64,000 bases of DNA from Paraphysomonas bandaiensis. Its lineage: Eukaryota; Protista; Chrysophyceae. The notes under the pieces were generated by a model that had not been told where the DNA came from, ran no database searches, and saw nothing but the letters and a program-made list of their open reading frames with translations. Each line of letters begins with the position of its first letter. The stretch's first letter is position 1. The position numbers were made by a program, and so were the translations under genes. Positions 34,901 through 45,137 of this stretch are shown piece after piece. Location: contig CBFFRP010000259.1 of NCBI GenBank assembly GCA_965644295.1, forward strand, positions 34,010 to 98,009, written 5' to 3'.

Positions 34901-36016
34901 TGATGTTGGCTCGCCAGTGGGTTGCCCGGATGGCTCACCACTGGGAATACTTGTTGGAGATGTAGGAACAGACGTTGGTTGTCCTGTGGGGGAAGTTGGC
35001 GATGATGTGGGAACTCCTGTGGGTATTGAAGGCATTGAAGTGGGTAAATATGAAGGAATGCCACTGGGAAAACTACTGGGGATGACACTTGGACTACTTG
35101 TCGGTTGGCTACTCGGTTCTACAGAAGGAAAGCTCGACGGCTGCCCACTAGGAATACAGGTTGGTTCGCCAGTGGGCTCACCTGTTGGCTGCCCTGATGG
35201 CTCACCGCTTGGAATACTGGTTGGTGACGTAGGTACTGATGTTGGCTCGCCAGTGGGTTGCCCGGATGGCTCACCACTGGGAATACTTGTTGGAGATGTA
35301 GGAACAGACGTTGGTTGTCCTGTGGGGGAAGTTGGCGATGATGTGGGAACTCCTGTGGGTATTGAAGGCATTGAAGTAGGTAAACATGATGGTTGACTCG
35401 AGGGTATGGTAGAGGGTATGGAAGAGGGTAGACTGCTTGGTTGACTCGAAGGGGAAGTCGGTAATGCTGATGGTAATCCTGAAGGGTGTGTCGAAGGATG
35501 AGCAGATGGCACTTCAGTCGGATCACTGGTCGGCCCACTAGCCAGAATTCTTCTCTGACTGCTTGATCTATACAAACTTGACATATATGAATCACTATAT
35601 ATATAATCGTATTCACACAGAAAAGAATAAAGAAGGTTACAGCTAACAATATGCCACACCCTTTCTCCATCTAATGTAACACAATGTTGGTCTGACTCCG
35701 GATTGCTGTCGTGCCCGAAGTTTTGGTAGCTATCGCTGCCGTGTATAATACTGACCCAAAGGGGGAAATCGACTGAGAATAAATCATATAAAGCATTAGA
35801 ATACTTCGTGGTAGTTGTTGAAAATAAGATGCTGCCCTCAGAAGCACATCTCATCTCTGCCTGTTCAAACGACAACGGCTCCTTGACAAGTTTTAAGCAC
35901 ATCGTTTCTACAGGTGTAAAGCCTAAGGGACAGTCGAGTAAAAGGCTCGTATCTCCTAGCACATACCCTACGAGGATAGCGAGCAAACTAACTGTATGTA
36001 TAGAACTAAACCTCAT
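25955..36016 (-). CDS. Giant cell-surface protein: signal peptide, C-type lectin, long P/S/T stalk, EGF-like Cys-rich region, GPS-like segment, multi-TM region and cytoplasmic tail (polycystin/adhesion-receptor-like)
   Basis: 3353-aa intronless ORF. CTLD (CPLGF..CLKL..AEMRC..WHIVSC..FLCE), about 1450 aa of PSSQPT repeats, NCSGHGVC..CECDEGWHGNSC, CSATF..ILCECN and several hydrophobic helices. Confidence 0.85.
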   Translation of the reverse strand: MRFSSIHTVSLLAILVGYVLGDTSLLLDCPLGFTPVETMCLKLVKEPLSFEQAEMRCASEGSILFSTTTTKYSNALYDLFSVDFPLWVSIIHGSDSYQNFGHDSNPESDQHCVTLDGERVWHIVSCNLLYSFLCEYDYIYSDSYMSSLYRSSSQRRILASGPTSDPTEVPSAHPSTHPSGLPSALPTSPSSQPSSLPSSIPSTIPSSQPSCLPTSMPSIPTGVPTSSPTSPTGQPTSVPTSPTSIPSGEPSGQPTGEPTSVPTSPTSIPSGEPSGQPTGEPTGEPTCIPSGQPSSFPSVEPSSQPTSSPSVIPSSFPSGIPSYLPTSMPSIPTGVPTSSPTSPTGQPTSVPTSPTSIPSGEPSGQPTGEPTSVPTSPTSIPSGEPSGQPTGEPTGEPTCIPSGQPSSFPSVEPSSQPTSSPSVIPSSFPSGIPSYLPTSIPSVQPTDQPTGVPTALPSSSSPSALPSGQPTSQPSGQPTGQPTSCPTSPTGQPTSMPTSPTGQPTSVPTSPTSIPSGEPSGQPTGEPTSVPTSPTSIPSGEPSGQPTGEPTGEPTCIPSSAPTGQPSSQPSSQPSGLPSSGPSGQPTGEPTSAPSSIPTGYPSGQPSSYPTGKPSTEPTGQPSAQPTGFPSSEPSGVPSKEPTSLPSGQPSSTPSSQPTSIPTMVPSAEPTLIPTGQPTAAPTCLPSGQPSGAPSTIPSGVPSLIPTCVPSSQPTSFPSGQPSGQPTSMPTSPTSIPSSQPSSFPTSIPSGQPTGAPSCQPTSQPTSEPSGQPTAEPTRLPSGQPTGEPTSVPTSPTSIPSSAPSGQPSGQPSGEPSSIPSSDPSSEPSSIPSLVPSSLPSSLPSGEPSGQPTSIPTAPSGQPTALPSSTPTSQPTGQPTGQPSGIPSAQPTSQPSCTPSSEPTSSPSSLPTSEPSSLPTSYPTGIPSGQPTSEPSSEPSGSPSSLPSGQPTGQPTGLPSSWPSSRPSSVPSTQPTGQPTGQPTGQPSGIPSAQPTSQPSCTPSSEPTSSPSSLPTSEPSSLPTSYPTGIPSGQPTSEPSSEPSGSPSSLPSGQPTGQPTGLPSSWPSSRPSSVPSTQPTSQPTRQPTGQPSGIPSAQPTSQPSCTPSSEPTSSPSSLPTSEPSSLPTSYPTGIPSGQPTSEPSSEPSGSPSSLPSGQPTGQPTGLPSSWPSSRPSSVPSTQPTGQPTGQPTGQPSGIPSAQPTSQPSCTPSSEPTSFPSSHPTISPSGKPTGVPSSYPSVVPSGAPTSLPSVEPSSEPTFMPTTVPSGNPTASPTGYPSGIPSGEPSSHPTSEPSSQPSGFPSGTPTFSPTDAPSSEPSSTPTVEPTGCPTSEPTSCPSTLPTSQPTSQPSCTPSSEPTSSPSSLPTSEPSSLPTSYPTGIPSGQPTSEPSSEPSGSPSSLPSGQPTGQPTGLPSSWPSSRPSSVPSTQPTSQPTGQPTGQPSGIPSAQPTSQPSCTPSSEPTSSPSSLPTSEPSSLPTSYPTGIPSGQPTSEPSSEPSGSPSSLPSGQPTGQPTGLPSSWPSSRPSSVPSTQPTGQPTGQPTGQPSGIPSAQPTSQPSCTPSSEPTSSPSSLPTSEPSSLPTSYPTGIPSGQPTSEPSSEPSGSPSSLPSGQPTGQPSSTPELNATAISISLQENIDSRNVFALRNNLNRLTAYFNEVNCNTVPVNCSILNRYDCSTMDNTCGECYSTLYLGEQGPSNSPCVLLSEVDHVVIGASCYEDSQCWPFMECISGGCAAVPKLCSSNCSGHGVCTYRSRSTLFAVDTCFLGDPTCEALCECDEGWHGNSCASASDVMIELVHIQDEMLCGLLSYIRMSDPTTASMRSWLSLLSMMTLNPNTLSLKSANCTVLATKYILDIAVHNNLYLSSTNSLIILQAVDCVSHLQDLFDFSLAVDPTLIGNLAVQVSELSYALCDVTLRNITTGNELDLLQRKLRLHAASIANSEYTLVLPRLPIEEYANLEASSVIGVSDDDISLCILSRVPSIYLGYATLVEPLSNKRSELRDITSNLVESVSRVTPLSRRLLSSSRNVSTLTVKLQNTVAINYGHSINATDRVILCNGSYAVYTLSCDGISDLVTLYCNESVGHWLIRCPPVDKYPQCKALVGVTVTELPMCSATFQTDELILCECNASVISVVDGANKTKSSFVVTTGYSPVSDVSIQWQDNENAHRNMVWITFSTFIAVLAFVCVHLGHMDSKDRRKVTQAFPLSVGKDTLNGTDVDSVFPSVFSSQSLWNVCIKEFKAAYQWLSMLSPKFIHSCAYAHQLLPILRFSSLVYAMFANSLVYIWLDIALKSRNETCTTLDTRSECSTHEFPVYTYFGADCYWNGERCTAVDIFSGDIVFIVLLAAVCSGLLCIPLEFVSAVMITHVLTSPNNFDGCQQINPVICHSILGVDNGNISTIGGEGLRHTGKMVSNLICDDLLNDLICYLESIQNSVERRNISLAWGAISLKRDDPLDPISGDINNILDIDFDTLSEDVSRACDKASKEIKMMCALTTAQRRRRLLVLFVCDLLSGLRGRLIEHVNSENLSRSSNILNLPKWVRIGIGAVWFLVVITMSVFVLMFGVTRSYAEQLAWLLSFIVLVLVDIAVVSPGFVVLSRIIPPILAYESMAEVKNALQDIASAYRNSLLGMDNGQTHNFSDGELCASNDSSVAFNATKYLFVSTAVAKAYRNLPESNIILKFRTWIPSRQYMRYSITQYLIRFICNIPEYFLSGMIYVSCLYYPVQSFFYRVILWGICGVIFMVALTENGVLYSIAVVALLFMSFTTCCGKRDNLFCSSISNPRVAVDHAISTPEVLSGGNMGRTENNKNGYTRTPELVEIDGTIDAGLSSPTPYVCNILCMACKRRGREKTDHILDMEAGAKVLPGRHNNIVENNFRDYRRREILTALHEVSYDLKLSTHMYMSDGEVLFRSISHRLIDRAEENKDNAKTDDDSGEQFLSYNSEQLSTGEYEGGHVSTNDAADAGTVNSENKELLKVDSIIEHMKHLAFIRWGNDDDINYDLSSSDESNADRPIRVVKSPRLARIIRKDGNIQKIMSMKSSHGLSTEPQFRRARSIEQNSLPESPRTAVGSVKKRFTMNEHARQYSLEEHRHRAQSKLKSRLQHRTNFSSGGHPQQPLQDVGDSSDYSISGKQDDNDTWKTSHGIKKTFVSNTARHRVSLLITREKQRERLLRKLEEKRNKLPSAIEDSSGIAMPGSPGVIGDTGRHSPEISSELYSAKIIVEYMKYLTYQQWGEENDVNYDLSDSGSSCSSTTYKSPTDKDKNIPRLARILKRDGNMKKLLLVDTTPDLSPVRVNISPEHRMPLDVHKTILQSKLEQMALDRYTQANEIPFSPMEEEIRYEISESGESD
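31160..35380 (-). repeat. Higher-order coding repeats in the stalk (312-nt and 336-nt units)
   Basis: A 312-nt unit marker occurs at 31161, 31473, 31785 and at 32529, 32841, 33153; a 336-nt offset is seen at 34707/35043. Confidence 0.9.
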
Positions 36017-36699
36017 GTATCCTGTTCGCTAAATGCAGTGATAAAACCACAAAGCAAACTTGAAATGCACACACACCAGCTTACCAGAAATATAAATATC
36101 TACTCATCTAATCAATTCCTTTGATGGACAATGAGTTCTATGTATGATGTCATCTATATACGTATCATGTCACTGGTTATAATTATTGTCGTTATGTATG
36201 TATGTATGTTCAAAGTAAGAAGTCGAAGTATGATACTGCAAGATGAAGTGAACAAGTACACAACAGACACATACGTACAGCACACTGCAGCATAGGCAGA
36301 CAGACATGACAATATACTCCTGTAGGTAGGAATTCCTACTGTATACAACATACATACATTCAGGCAGAGTCTCAAAATTGCGTACTTTCACAATTTTATT
36401 ACATAATTTTCTTGGAACTTTAAAAAAAAACTGCACTACGTACTGTATATTGTACGAACCACCGCACAGTTCGCAATTGCCCGACTCCTCTAATTTTCCA
36501 CTCTAGAAATACGAAAATCCCGCATTTTCTGACTATCACAACAATCCCTTCAATAAAATTGAATTTGGACCAATCAATAAGAAACCATTGGATCATACTC
36601 TATATGGCAGTTAAGATAATGTGGATGCTGCAGATACGACACAGACACCACTACAATATGCATCCCTCATTCCGAATATGTAGAGTATAATAACTGTCA

Positions 36700-38810
36700 G
36701 TATAATAACCTTCTATAATTACTGCAAGTGGCATCTAACACCGGGATCTATAGCAAGCTATCAGAATGACTACTCCGTTTCAGAGAGTGTGGTTAAATCT
36801 GCAGGTATTATATGATGTACAAATTGATGTTTTCATACTGTGCAGTGCTACTATTCATGCGGTTTAACTACTGTTGACCAGGTTTCACGGATGTTGCATC
36901 GGTTTACATATCGAACTTGGACAACTCCTTAGAGTTTTCGCATAATCTAGAGTGCAAGACGGCTACTTCAAAATCTGCCATTTCTTCCGCTCTGAACGAT
37001 AATGAGCCGTTTTTTTTGTACTCTGCCTTGACCACTCCTCACACCCCAAGAAACATCGGTGCACTGAATGATGACTTAAGGCTTACACCGAATAGAACTC
37101 TTCCAGAAGACCCTGATTCTGGGATGCCTAATAGAAGCACAGTGATTGAAAGAGCCATAGGCGGTACATTTCGAGACAGTTCGGCAGGTGTGTAAGACAT
37201 AGACTGCTGATAGCATTGCTTTTGTCTAACACGCATGACAACTCACTTCAGGGACTATATGGGGAGATGATTCATTGGGCGCACTAATGGATCACATTGA
37301 TGCACTTGGACAACTGAATAACACCATATTTATCATTACTATGGACCACGGACAGATTGCGAAAGATTCTCTGTACGAAGAGGGTGTTCGTGCGGCCCTA
37401 ATGATAAAGAAGGGGCCGGGTATCGCACCAGGAACAATTGTAAACTGCCCCGTGAGTAATATTGATTTGGTTCCCACTATTCTGGAGGCAACTGGAGTCG
37501 GTAAGCATGCCCTTACTTTACTGTCAAGTACGATGTGGACGGTGTGAGCTGGTGGGGTGCTGTAACTAATCAGGGAGCAAGTGATGAGTTATTAAACCGC
37601 AGGTGTCTTATTTTTGAAAAATACATGCAAGTGGTATCTAATGTGCCTGATGGAGACACACTTTACCCAGAAGCGCAGTACGTAGTTACTGTGCAGCTAC
37701 CTTTTGAAGATTTAAGTGATCAGTCAGGAATTAAGTTTGGTTTCACACCAGTACAAACTACAACGTAGATCTGGGGTTCACGGTAAAAAAGCCTAACAGG
37801 AATGGTGTAAAAATTCATGATTGCATACGTTTATCAGATGTAGTTCTCACAACTGATAGGGTTCATTCTCTATCGGTCTCTGATTCATCTGCCAAGAAGC
37901 GTGTTACTCCTCTATTACGCATGAACAACGAAGAATCACTTTGGAACGCCTTGGACACGCTATCGTGGAATCCAAATGTACTTAACCCGACTAATATGCA
38001 TTTGTTTATACACAGTACACGCTCGACATTCTATAATTGCGCAGTATGCAGCAGCGAAGCATACAAAAGTGCAAAAAAGTGCGTATAGTTTCGGGAGCCA
38101 CTTTTACATCCACTGATACTCTGAGCATTGTCTTCAAAATTTCCCACTTAAAGAAAACTATTCGCAAGGAAAATGTGTATATTAGAATTTCGCTTGGTTT
38201 AATCGGTAACCCTGATTCCAGTTCGTTTCAATGGAAGACGAAATTATTTGAAACGTCTGAGTGTTCCCAGACTTTTACAGAAGTTCATTCAGATCCTATT
38301 GTGCCAGGGTGTGTGTGGAATATGGCCGCCCAGCTTCCATACCACTCCCTAACAAATAATGATGGAATTTCTTTTGATTTCCCAGCTGGAACGGGTTACT
38401 ACATCGATCTAACTGTGGAATTTAGAAAGCGCGATCAAAATACAATCATGGCTTTGGACTGTGTTATGTTTGAGTGTTTGTTTTGATGCTCTGTAAGCCA
38501 CTAATATATTGTGTGGTGTGAGATGGTATCTTAGACAGTCACAGTGTGTAATCAATGGATATAAGAACGACTAGGTTGAATACCGAAGTTGACTAGGTTG
38601 AGTCATTTATTACTTTGACTAGGTTATTCCACCAAAAATAGCGTGACTAGGTAATTCAACCAATTTGACTAGGTTGAATAATATTTCCCTTTGTTGACCA
38701 TACACATACTCTTGTCAGTGGTAAATCGCTAGGAGAAGCAGAAGTAAAACTTACAAGGTACATCACCAGCGATAGAACCGATGTAAATGTAGATAGATGA
38801 ATTATTGCCC
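36700..38810 (+). pseudogene. Sulfatase (arylsulfatase-like) pseudogene
   Basis: CKWHL (GKWHL motif), EPFFLY..TPHTP, LGQLNNTIFIITMDHG, KDSLYEEGVR, VSNIDLVPTILE and DGVSW. It has frameshifts, no CxPxR motif is visible, and the 3' part is interrupted by a MULE end. Confidence 0.75.
38462..38689 (-). mobile_element. Solo 228-bp end fragment of the same MULE family as 3673-4763
   Basis: Reverse complement of 3673-3900 with about 2 mismatches, ending ..GAATAATATTTCCC. Confidence 0.92.
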
Positions 38811-39033
38811 GGCAGATAGTATTGCGAGAAATATAGGATCTCATCACTTGAAAGTCCATATATATCCGCCGATGTTTCACTAAAATATTAACGAAATTTT
38901 GATAGGACCAGTGATATCACAGAGCCATAGCCATAACTTGTCATTTCCATACTTATTTAGAAGTGGTATATGAAATTCACTAATTCGCGCCATCAGATAT
39001 AACTATATATAAAACACGCAATCTACATGATAA

Positions 39034-41212
39034 CTACGAACTACTTCTATCACTATCATCATTTTCCCTGTGCTCCATGCGCGAATCAGTTATCAGCGCT
39101 GTATCGTGGTTGTTGTGACTATTCGTTTCTGAGTTTTCTGTTCCCGGTAGTGACTTATGAAGCAGTGATTTGCTGCTCGCAGCAGGATGACTGAATGGGT
39201 CTACACTATACCTTCTTGTGCACAGCTTCGAGAGAGACTCATCAAGGGCCCGCATTGCCTCGTCTTTTTCTGTCTCCTCGGGGGTAGCATCTGATGAGCG
39301 CACACTGACGTCGATCCCTGTCGAAGGCATCGCACTACTGTGTTGGGAGTCGTCAGGAGCGGAACAATATTCCTCCCCTTCAGTTTGACTATGCCCATGG
39401 GATACCGAAGTCAGGAGAGATATACCATTCTTGACTCCATTGACAACATTAGCTACCACATATTGAAAAGGGGAAGAAGATAATTGGGTATCCGTTGCCC
39501 CAGATAGAGTCGGGGCTTGTGTTGCCTGTTGATTTTCCTGGTCCTTCTTTACTCGCGACGAAGCAAACGCAAATACTATGTAACCGGACAGCACAAGTCC
39601 ACAAAGAGAGAGAACCACAACCCCGCCTTTAGAAATACCTCTTCTGGTAGTATGGACATCCTTGGATCGTATGCTCACACGGTTCCCACCCCAATAGACG
39701 TGAACAGCACCATTCATATATAAGTCTGGTTTCGGTGGTCCCTCCACAGCATCAGTTCCATCATCATTCACCTGCTCCCATTCCGACGAGGCTCCGTGTG
39801 CGCCCACCGCAACAGTTGTGTCATCCACAGCGACAGAATATCCGAATTTGTCTCCGGGGATCTCATTTTCCGGGGCCAAGACAAACGCCTGCTGCCAATA
39901 CGTCTTCGTCGGGTCAACGGTATCTGACTCTTCGCCATATACATACACTGAGCCCGACCCTGTAGCGTTGTAGCTCCCCACGACCGCAATGTCCGAGTAC
40001 ACGTCAACGGAATGTCCGTAATGCCCCTGAGGAGAAGGGTGCGGCGGAAGTAGTTTCTCCAGGAAATACCAATCCTTGTCATCACCCCTGGAAAATATAT
40101 AATATATCGTGTCGATGATATATACAAGCACTTATCTAAACCTACCGTTTAAACATATACGCTGCTCCACTCTCAAATGCCCCACAATTCGATTTCGGAG
40201 CACCCACGAGAACAATTTCATCGAAAATAGAAACCGAACTGCCAAACCCATCGCCATGTTCGCCATCCCCAGCGAACAACTCAGCGAAGAGCTTCCAATT
40301 CAACCCATCCGCATAAGAGTCATCCACTGTAGAGGTATACACATACGCTGCCCCTACCCTGGTAATGGATGAGGTAGGGTCATCCCTACCTGAGGACCCA
40401 ACGACAATACCGTACCCATGAATGGCTACAGATACCCCAAACCAATCATATCTCTGCCCACTAGCTGGAAACAGTTTCTGATGATATCCCCAATAGGAGT
40501 GGTAATGAAGACCCTCGTCATCAAAAACATAGTATTTAGAATACACATAAGCCGCACCGGAAAAAGAGCCCATTGGGTCACATCCCCAACAACCAATAAT
40601 CGTTGTGTTTCCATAGACTCCTACTGACGATCCGAAATAATCCTGCCCGTGGCTATCTTCAGGTACCATTTCTAGTACCATCACCCACTGGTTGTTATTT
40701 TGGTTATGCTCATCCTCAGGTCCTTCCGTGAGGTGCACTCCCCCACGAAGTGCCTGAACATGCTGGTCGTGGTGCTCTTGGTACTCATATATATATGCAG
40801 AACCAGCATCCTCTCCAGCACCATCATGCAAATTGGCACCAACCACAATGGTTGTTTGATATATTGAAACGGCATATCCAAATTGGTCTCCTTCTCTTCC
40901 TTTCTCAAGAAATAGTTGAGCCGTTAGTTCCCAGTCTGTTGCACCTGCAGCAGAACGCTCATATAAGTATGCTGCCCCATGACTCTCATGATCTCCAATC
41001 GCTCCAACGATCATTCTATTCCCCCAAATTGAAACACTAATACCAAAATTACCAAACGCATCATGCCCGTATATAACTTGTTCCGAGGAATTAGTCCCTT
41101 CAAAATCCCATATATCACCTGTATATTTTAATCTTCTATCGAGCTCTGCAGCAGTCTGTATAGTCAACAGAAGAATTGTTATGATACTTCCAATAGTGTT
41201 TATGGATCTCAT
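39034..41212 (-). CDS. FG-GAP repeat (integrin-alpha-type beta-propeller) type I membrane protein
   Basis: Signal peptide and seven FGxSVxI..VGA..GAAYxY repeats; intron 40145-40088; TM GGVVVLSLCGLVLSGYIVFAFA. Confidence 0.88.
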
Positions 41213-41787
41213 TGAAGTGGAGATGTGAATTAGTGGAGTTATATAATAAAATAGAGCTCAATCAATTGATATACACACACACACAGAGGGAGCGTTAGTG
41301 TCTGCTAATATATATGTTATTGTGATATACAGAGAACTAATCCTGTCATAATGACAGTAGTGATACTACGATGCACTGATATCTTGTTCAATGCCCGTTG
41401 TTTACCTCTAAACAATCACTCACCTCTGGCCACTGCAAACACTTATGCTTATGATGGTAACCCTCAACTCTAACAACTATACAGCTGTACTCGATACAAT
41501 ACGCCATATACATACATACACTGTACCATCACACACACAGAGTCCCATAACTAAAATTTTGTATCTCTGATATCCCATATTGGGGATTTCTATAAACTCT
41601 CAATACTTCGAAAATATTTCAGTTTCTACGTCCTTTGAGGATATGTCCCAGCTACACCAATCAACCAGTCTTACTTTCCTTCTTCTCTCTCCATATGTAG
41701 CATATGGAGATGGTAGTATATGATAGTACCCGTTAATACACCTAGCTGCCTATAGCCTTCCATTATACAATTGAAGGAACTAGAAAT

Positions 41788-43360
41788 ATGTCTGAATTAG
41801 TTAATCAAGAAGAATCCAGTCAGAGTATGGCAGAGAATCAGATCTCAGAACAACCACAGGGTGAGCCTGTACAGTATGAGAATGAAGAAGAAAACACGGA
41901 TGGTAAGCTATTTGTGGGTGGATTATCATGGCAGACGACCGATGATGGACTTAAATATTACTTTGAAAAGTTTGGTGAACTTGTTGATGTCGCTCTGATG
42001 ACCGATAAGCGCACTGGTCAGCCGCGTGGGTTTGGTTTTATCTCCTTCAAGGACCCTGCAGGTAACTATCATTACAATGCTAGAGTGTAGGTAGAAGCAC
42101 TGGGCTAGGTCCTATCTACACTCTGCCTGTAGTACAATATATAGCACAAATAATATTAATAGATGTATTGTAGCGGTCGATGTAGTCCTAGGACAGACAC
42201 ATAATATCGATGGTAGAGTAGTCGACGTCAAGCGTGCGGTTCCGCGCGATAAGGCACCCGCCCCTTCAAGGTAGCTAGCCAAGAGTAGCATTTACCAGAT
42301 TTCGACTTACCGTATATAGTATATCAATTTTATACATTAGTTTTATTTTGTTTTGTTGCTTATATTTCATTTTAGACAGGAATCTCGGAAGGTTTTTGTG
42401 GGAGGACTAGCCCCTGAGGTCGGTGACAAGGAGTTCAGCGAATATTTCTCAAAGTTTGGATCTATTCAAGATTCAATCGTAATGTATGATCGCAAAACTA
42501 ATCGTTCCCGTGGGTTTGGATTTGTGACGTTTCATAGTGAGGAGGATGTAAGGGATCTCCTGAGGACGGAGCACGAGATTATGGGCAAGTGGGTGGAGTT
42601 GAAGCGCGCAGAACCCAGAGAATCCAGAGGAGGTGATATGGGCATGGGTGGTCGTGGTATGGGTTACGGTGGTCGTGGAGGAGGGCGTGGTATGGGTAGA
42701 GGATACGATGACTATGGCTACGGTGGTGCATACATGGGAGGAATGATGGGCGGCAGAGGAGGCGCCCAAGGGGCCGCTTTTGGATATCGCAGTACCGGTG
42801 GAGGATACGGTGGGGCAGATCAGGCTTACGGCGGAGGACGGGGTGGATATGGCGGGGGATATGGATATCCTCCTGCTGGTGGCATGGGCGGATATTATGG
42901 TGCCGGGTACTCCAACTACGGGGGAGGACCTGCTGGTGGAGGGGGATACTCAGCATCGGGACTTGGTCGCTCAGATGAAAATCCTTATGGGGGGGGTGGC
43001 TCGAGTGACTATAGCCGTGGTTCTGGGTATGGAGCGTCTCCTACAGCGGGTATGCGCGGTGGAGCAGGCGGGGGGATGGATACTTCTGGTCCTTCTGTAG
43101 GTGGTAATGGTAGTATGTACAGCATGTACGGGGGGTCTGCAATGGGGGGCGGATATGGCGCCGGCGCTGGGTACGGAGGTGCGAGCATGTATTCAGGGGG
43201 AGTAGGTGGTGCCGGAGCCCCTGTGGGAGGGAGCCGAATGTCTGGCCAGCAAGATGCATACTCTGGCGGAGCGGGTGATAGCAGTGGTGCGTATGGGGGG
43301 TATAGGGCACAAGGGGGGGCCGCCCAGGGCCGTGTTGATCGCAGTTATCGCCCTTATTAG
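41788..43360 (+). CDS. Two-RRM hnRNP A/B / Musashi-like RNA-binding protein with a Gly/Tyr-rich RGG tail
   Basis: KLFVGGL..RGFGFISF and KVFVGGL..RGFGFVTF; introns 42062-42173 and 42271-42375; C-terminal RSYRPY (PY-NLS-like). Confidence 0.93.
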
Positions 43361-45137
43361 GTCATGCATATACATTAGTTCAGTTAAGTAGAAGCAGTAC
43401 TTAGCACGTAGACTAGAGCGTCGTAGCTATGTAGTAGCCAATAGTAGTAGCCGCGTAGCAAGATTGTCCTGTATTTACAACTCGCCTACTTTTGCTTCTT
43501 TTGCTTGTCTTGTACTTTGAACTCTGCTGATGTAATATGCATTGCTGAGTGATAATAAGCATTTTATGCTGTTATTAATTCTATCTCAATGAAGAAGTAG
43601 CCACTGTTATTACCTGTATGTGTCGCGGTATGCATTTATGATTTATGCTACTCTTAACTCCAGAAAAGTTACATTGCTAATATACATACGATTGGCTTCT
43701 GTTGTCGATAACAAACTGAACATTCGTGAACATGTTTATATATTTTCAAAACATTGCTATGTATCCTAATTTTGTCTCAAAAACTCTCTAAAGCAGAGCA
43801 TGAAACACAACACGGTATATTGTAACCAGGTCTTTGAAACAATACTTCATTTAATGCTGAAAGTGATTTGGAGCAGTCACACCCAGTCCTTTCAGGGTGT
43901 AGCAGCAGAAGTGTTGTAGATACAAGGAAAACAGGCAACGAGAAAATTAATAACTCTATATAGTAATATTAGATAAAATCTTCTTAAAATACAGGACCAC
44001 TGAGAGTAAAAACCAGAGTAGCTGTCACTAGTCAATAAAAACTGCAGAGGTGCCATATTGTGAGGCCATCCTTCTAGTCCAGCATCATGTATTTGTAAGC
44101 TGAATCCTAATAGTTTGGTAATGTATATGAAAGTGCTTTGAAAGAATTGTATCGGGAGTTAGGAATGGAATGTAAGGATGTTGGTAATTTCAGATTTCAG
44201 TTATGGCAGTTTCTATAGTAGGCTATGTTCTAGTAGTAGAGGTAAGTGAGTACTATTCAATATTATACTAAGTAGAAATAATATACGCAGTATGTATGTC
44301 TCTGTATATATTATTTGCACTTGAAATATATGTAAATTTTTGACTAAGAAAGTTGATTGTATATAAGCCAGCTACGAAAACCACTGTTAGATATATATTA
44401 GGGTCTATTTTCAAGTTTCAAGATATTCGTAGTTTCCAGAAAATTAGGGAAATAAAGCAATACAGAGAGGTACTGTGACTAATTCAGAAGACCTTGGCCA
44501 CTGTGGTGTACCAGCGCGTGTGAATGGCAATCAGAAGAGGGCACGTAGTTCACTCAGTTAAGCAAACAATAACCAAATCCTCCTTCCTTAATATACGTGA
44601 AATAAGAATAGGTGAAGTGGCACGCTATCACCATAATATAACTAATATTTGTTATTTTACGGCGGGTATGTACGTGTGTGCCTGTCTCAAAGGGTGTATA
44701 TGTGTATGTATGTGAGAGGGTATGTAGCTCTATTAACAGTCACCCTCACATGCATACAAGAACCTGGATCGCTTCAGAGCAGAGGTTGAAAGAAACACGA
44801 CGGTGAAGAAGATATTCTTCTGTTTCTGGTGTGGATATCACCTCCTCTCATGGCACTGTTGATCGTGTAAAGTAACATATGAAGAGATGCGTTATATCAT
44901 ACATACACACTTCACATAATACAACACGGTATTCCAAAAACACACATCTACAACCGACACAAACTGAAAAGTATACATGAGTGTGACAGAATTTCACGTA
45001 CTCCCGCATTGTATATATATGGTATACATAGCTACATACATATGACTGATATCCATACATATATACACATCTGAACTGATCTCATAATCATCTCATTGTC
45101 ATCTCTGTATTAACCCTCTATGAGTCTCATATAAACT

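Noticed and set aside
31141-35670. 1203-aa alternative-frame ORF and antisense Gly-rich ORFs
   Set aside because: They are shadows of the repetitive P/S/T coding region, which lacks stops in other frames.
36420-38689. Pack-MULE carrying the sulfatase
   Set aside because: No matching left TIR or 9-bp TSD was found, and coding sequence appears to continue beyond the TIR.
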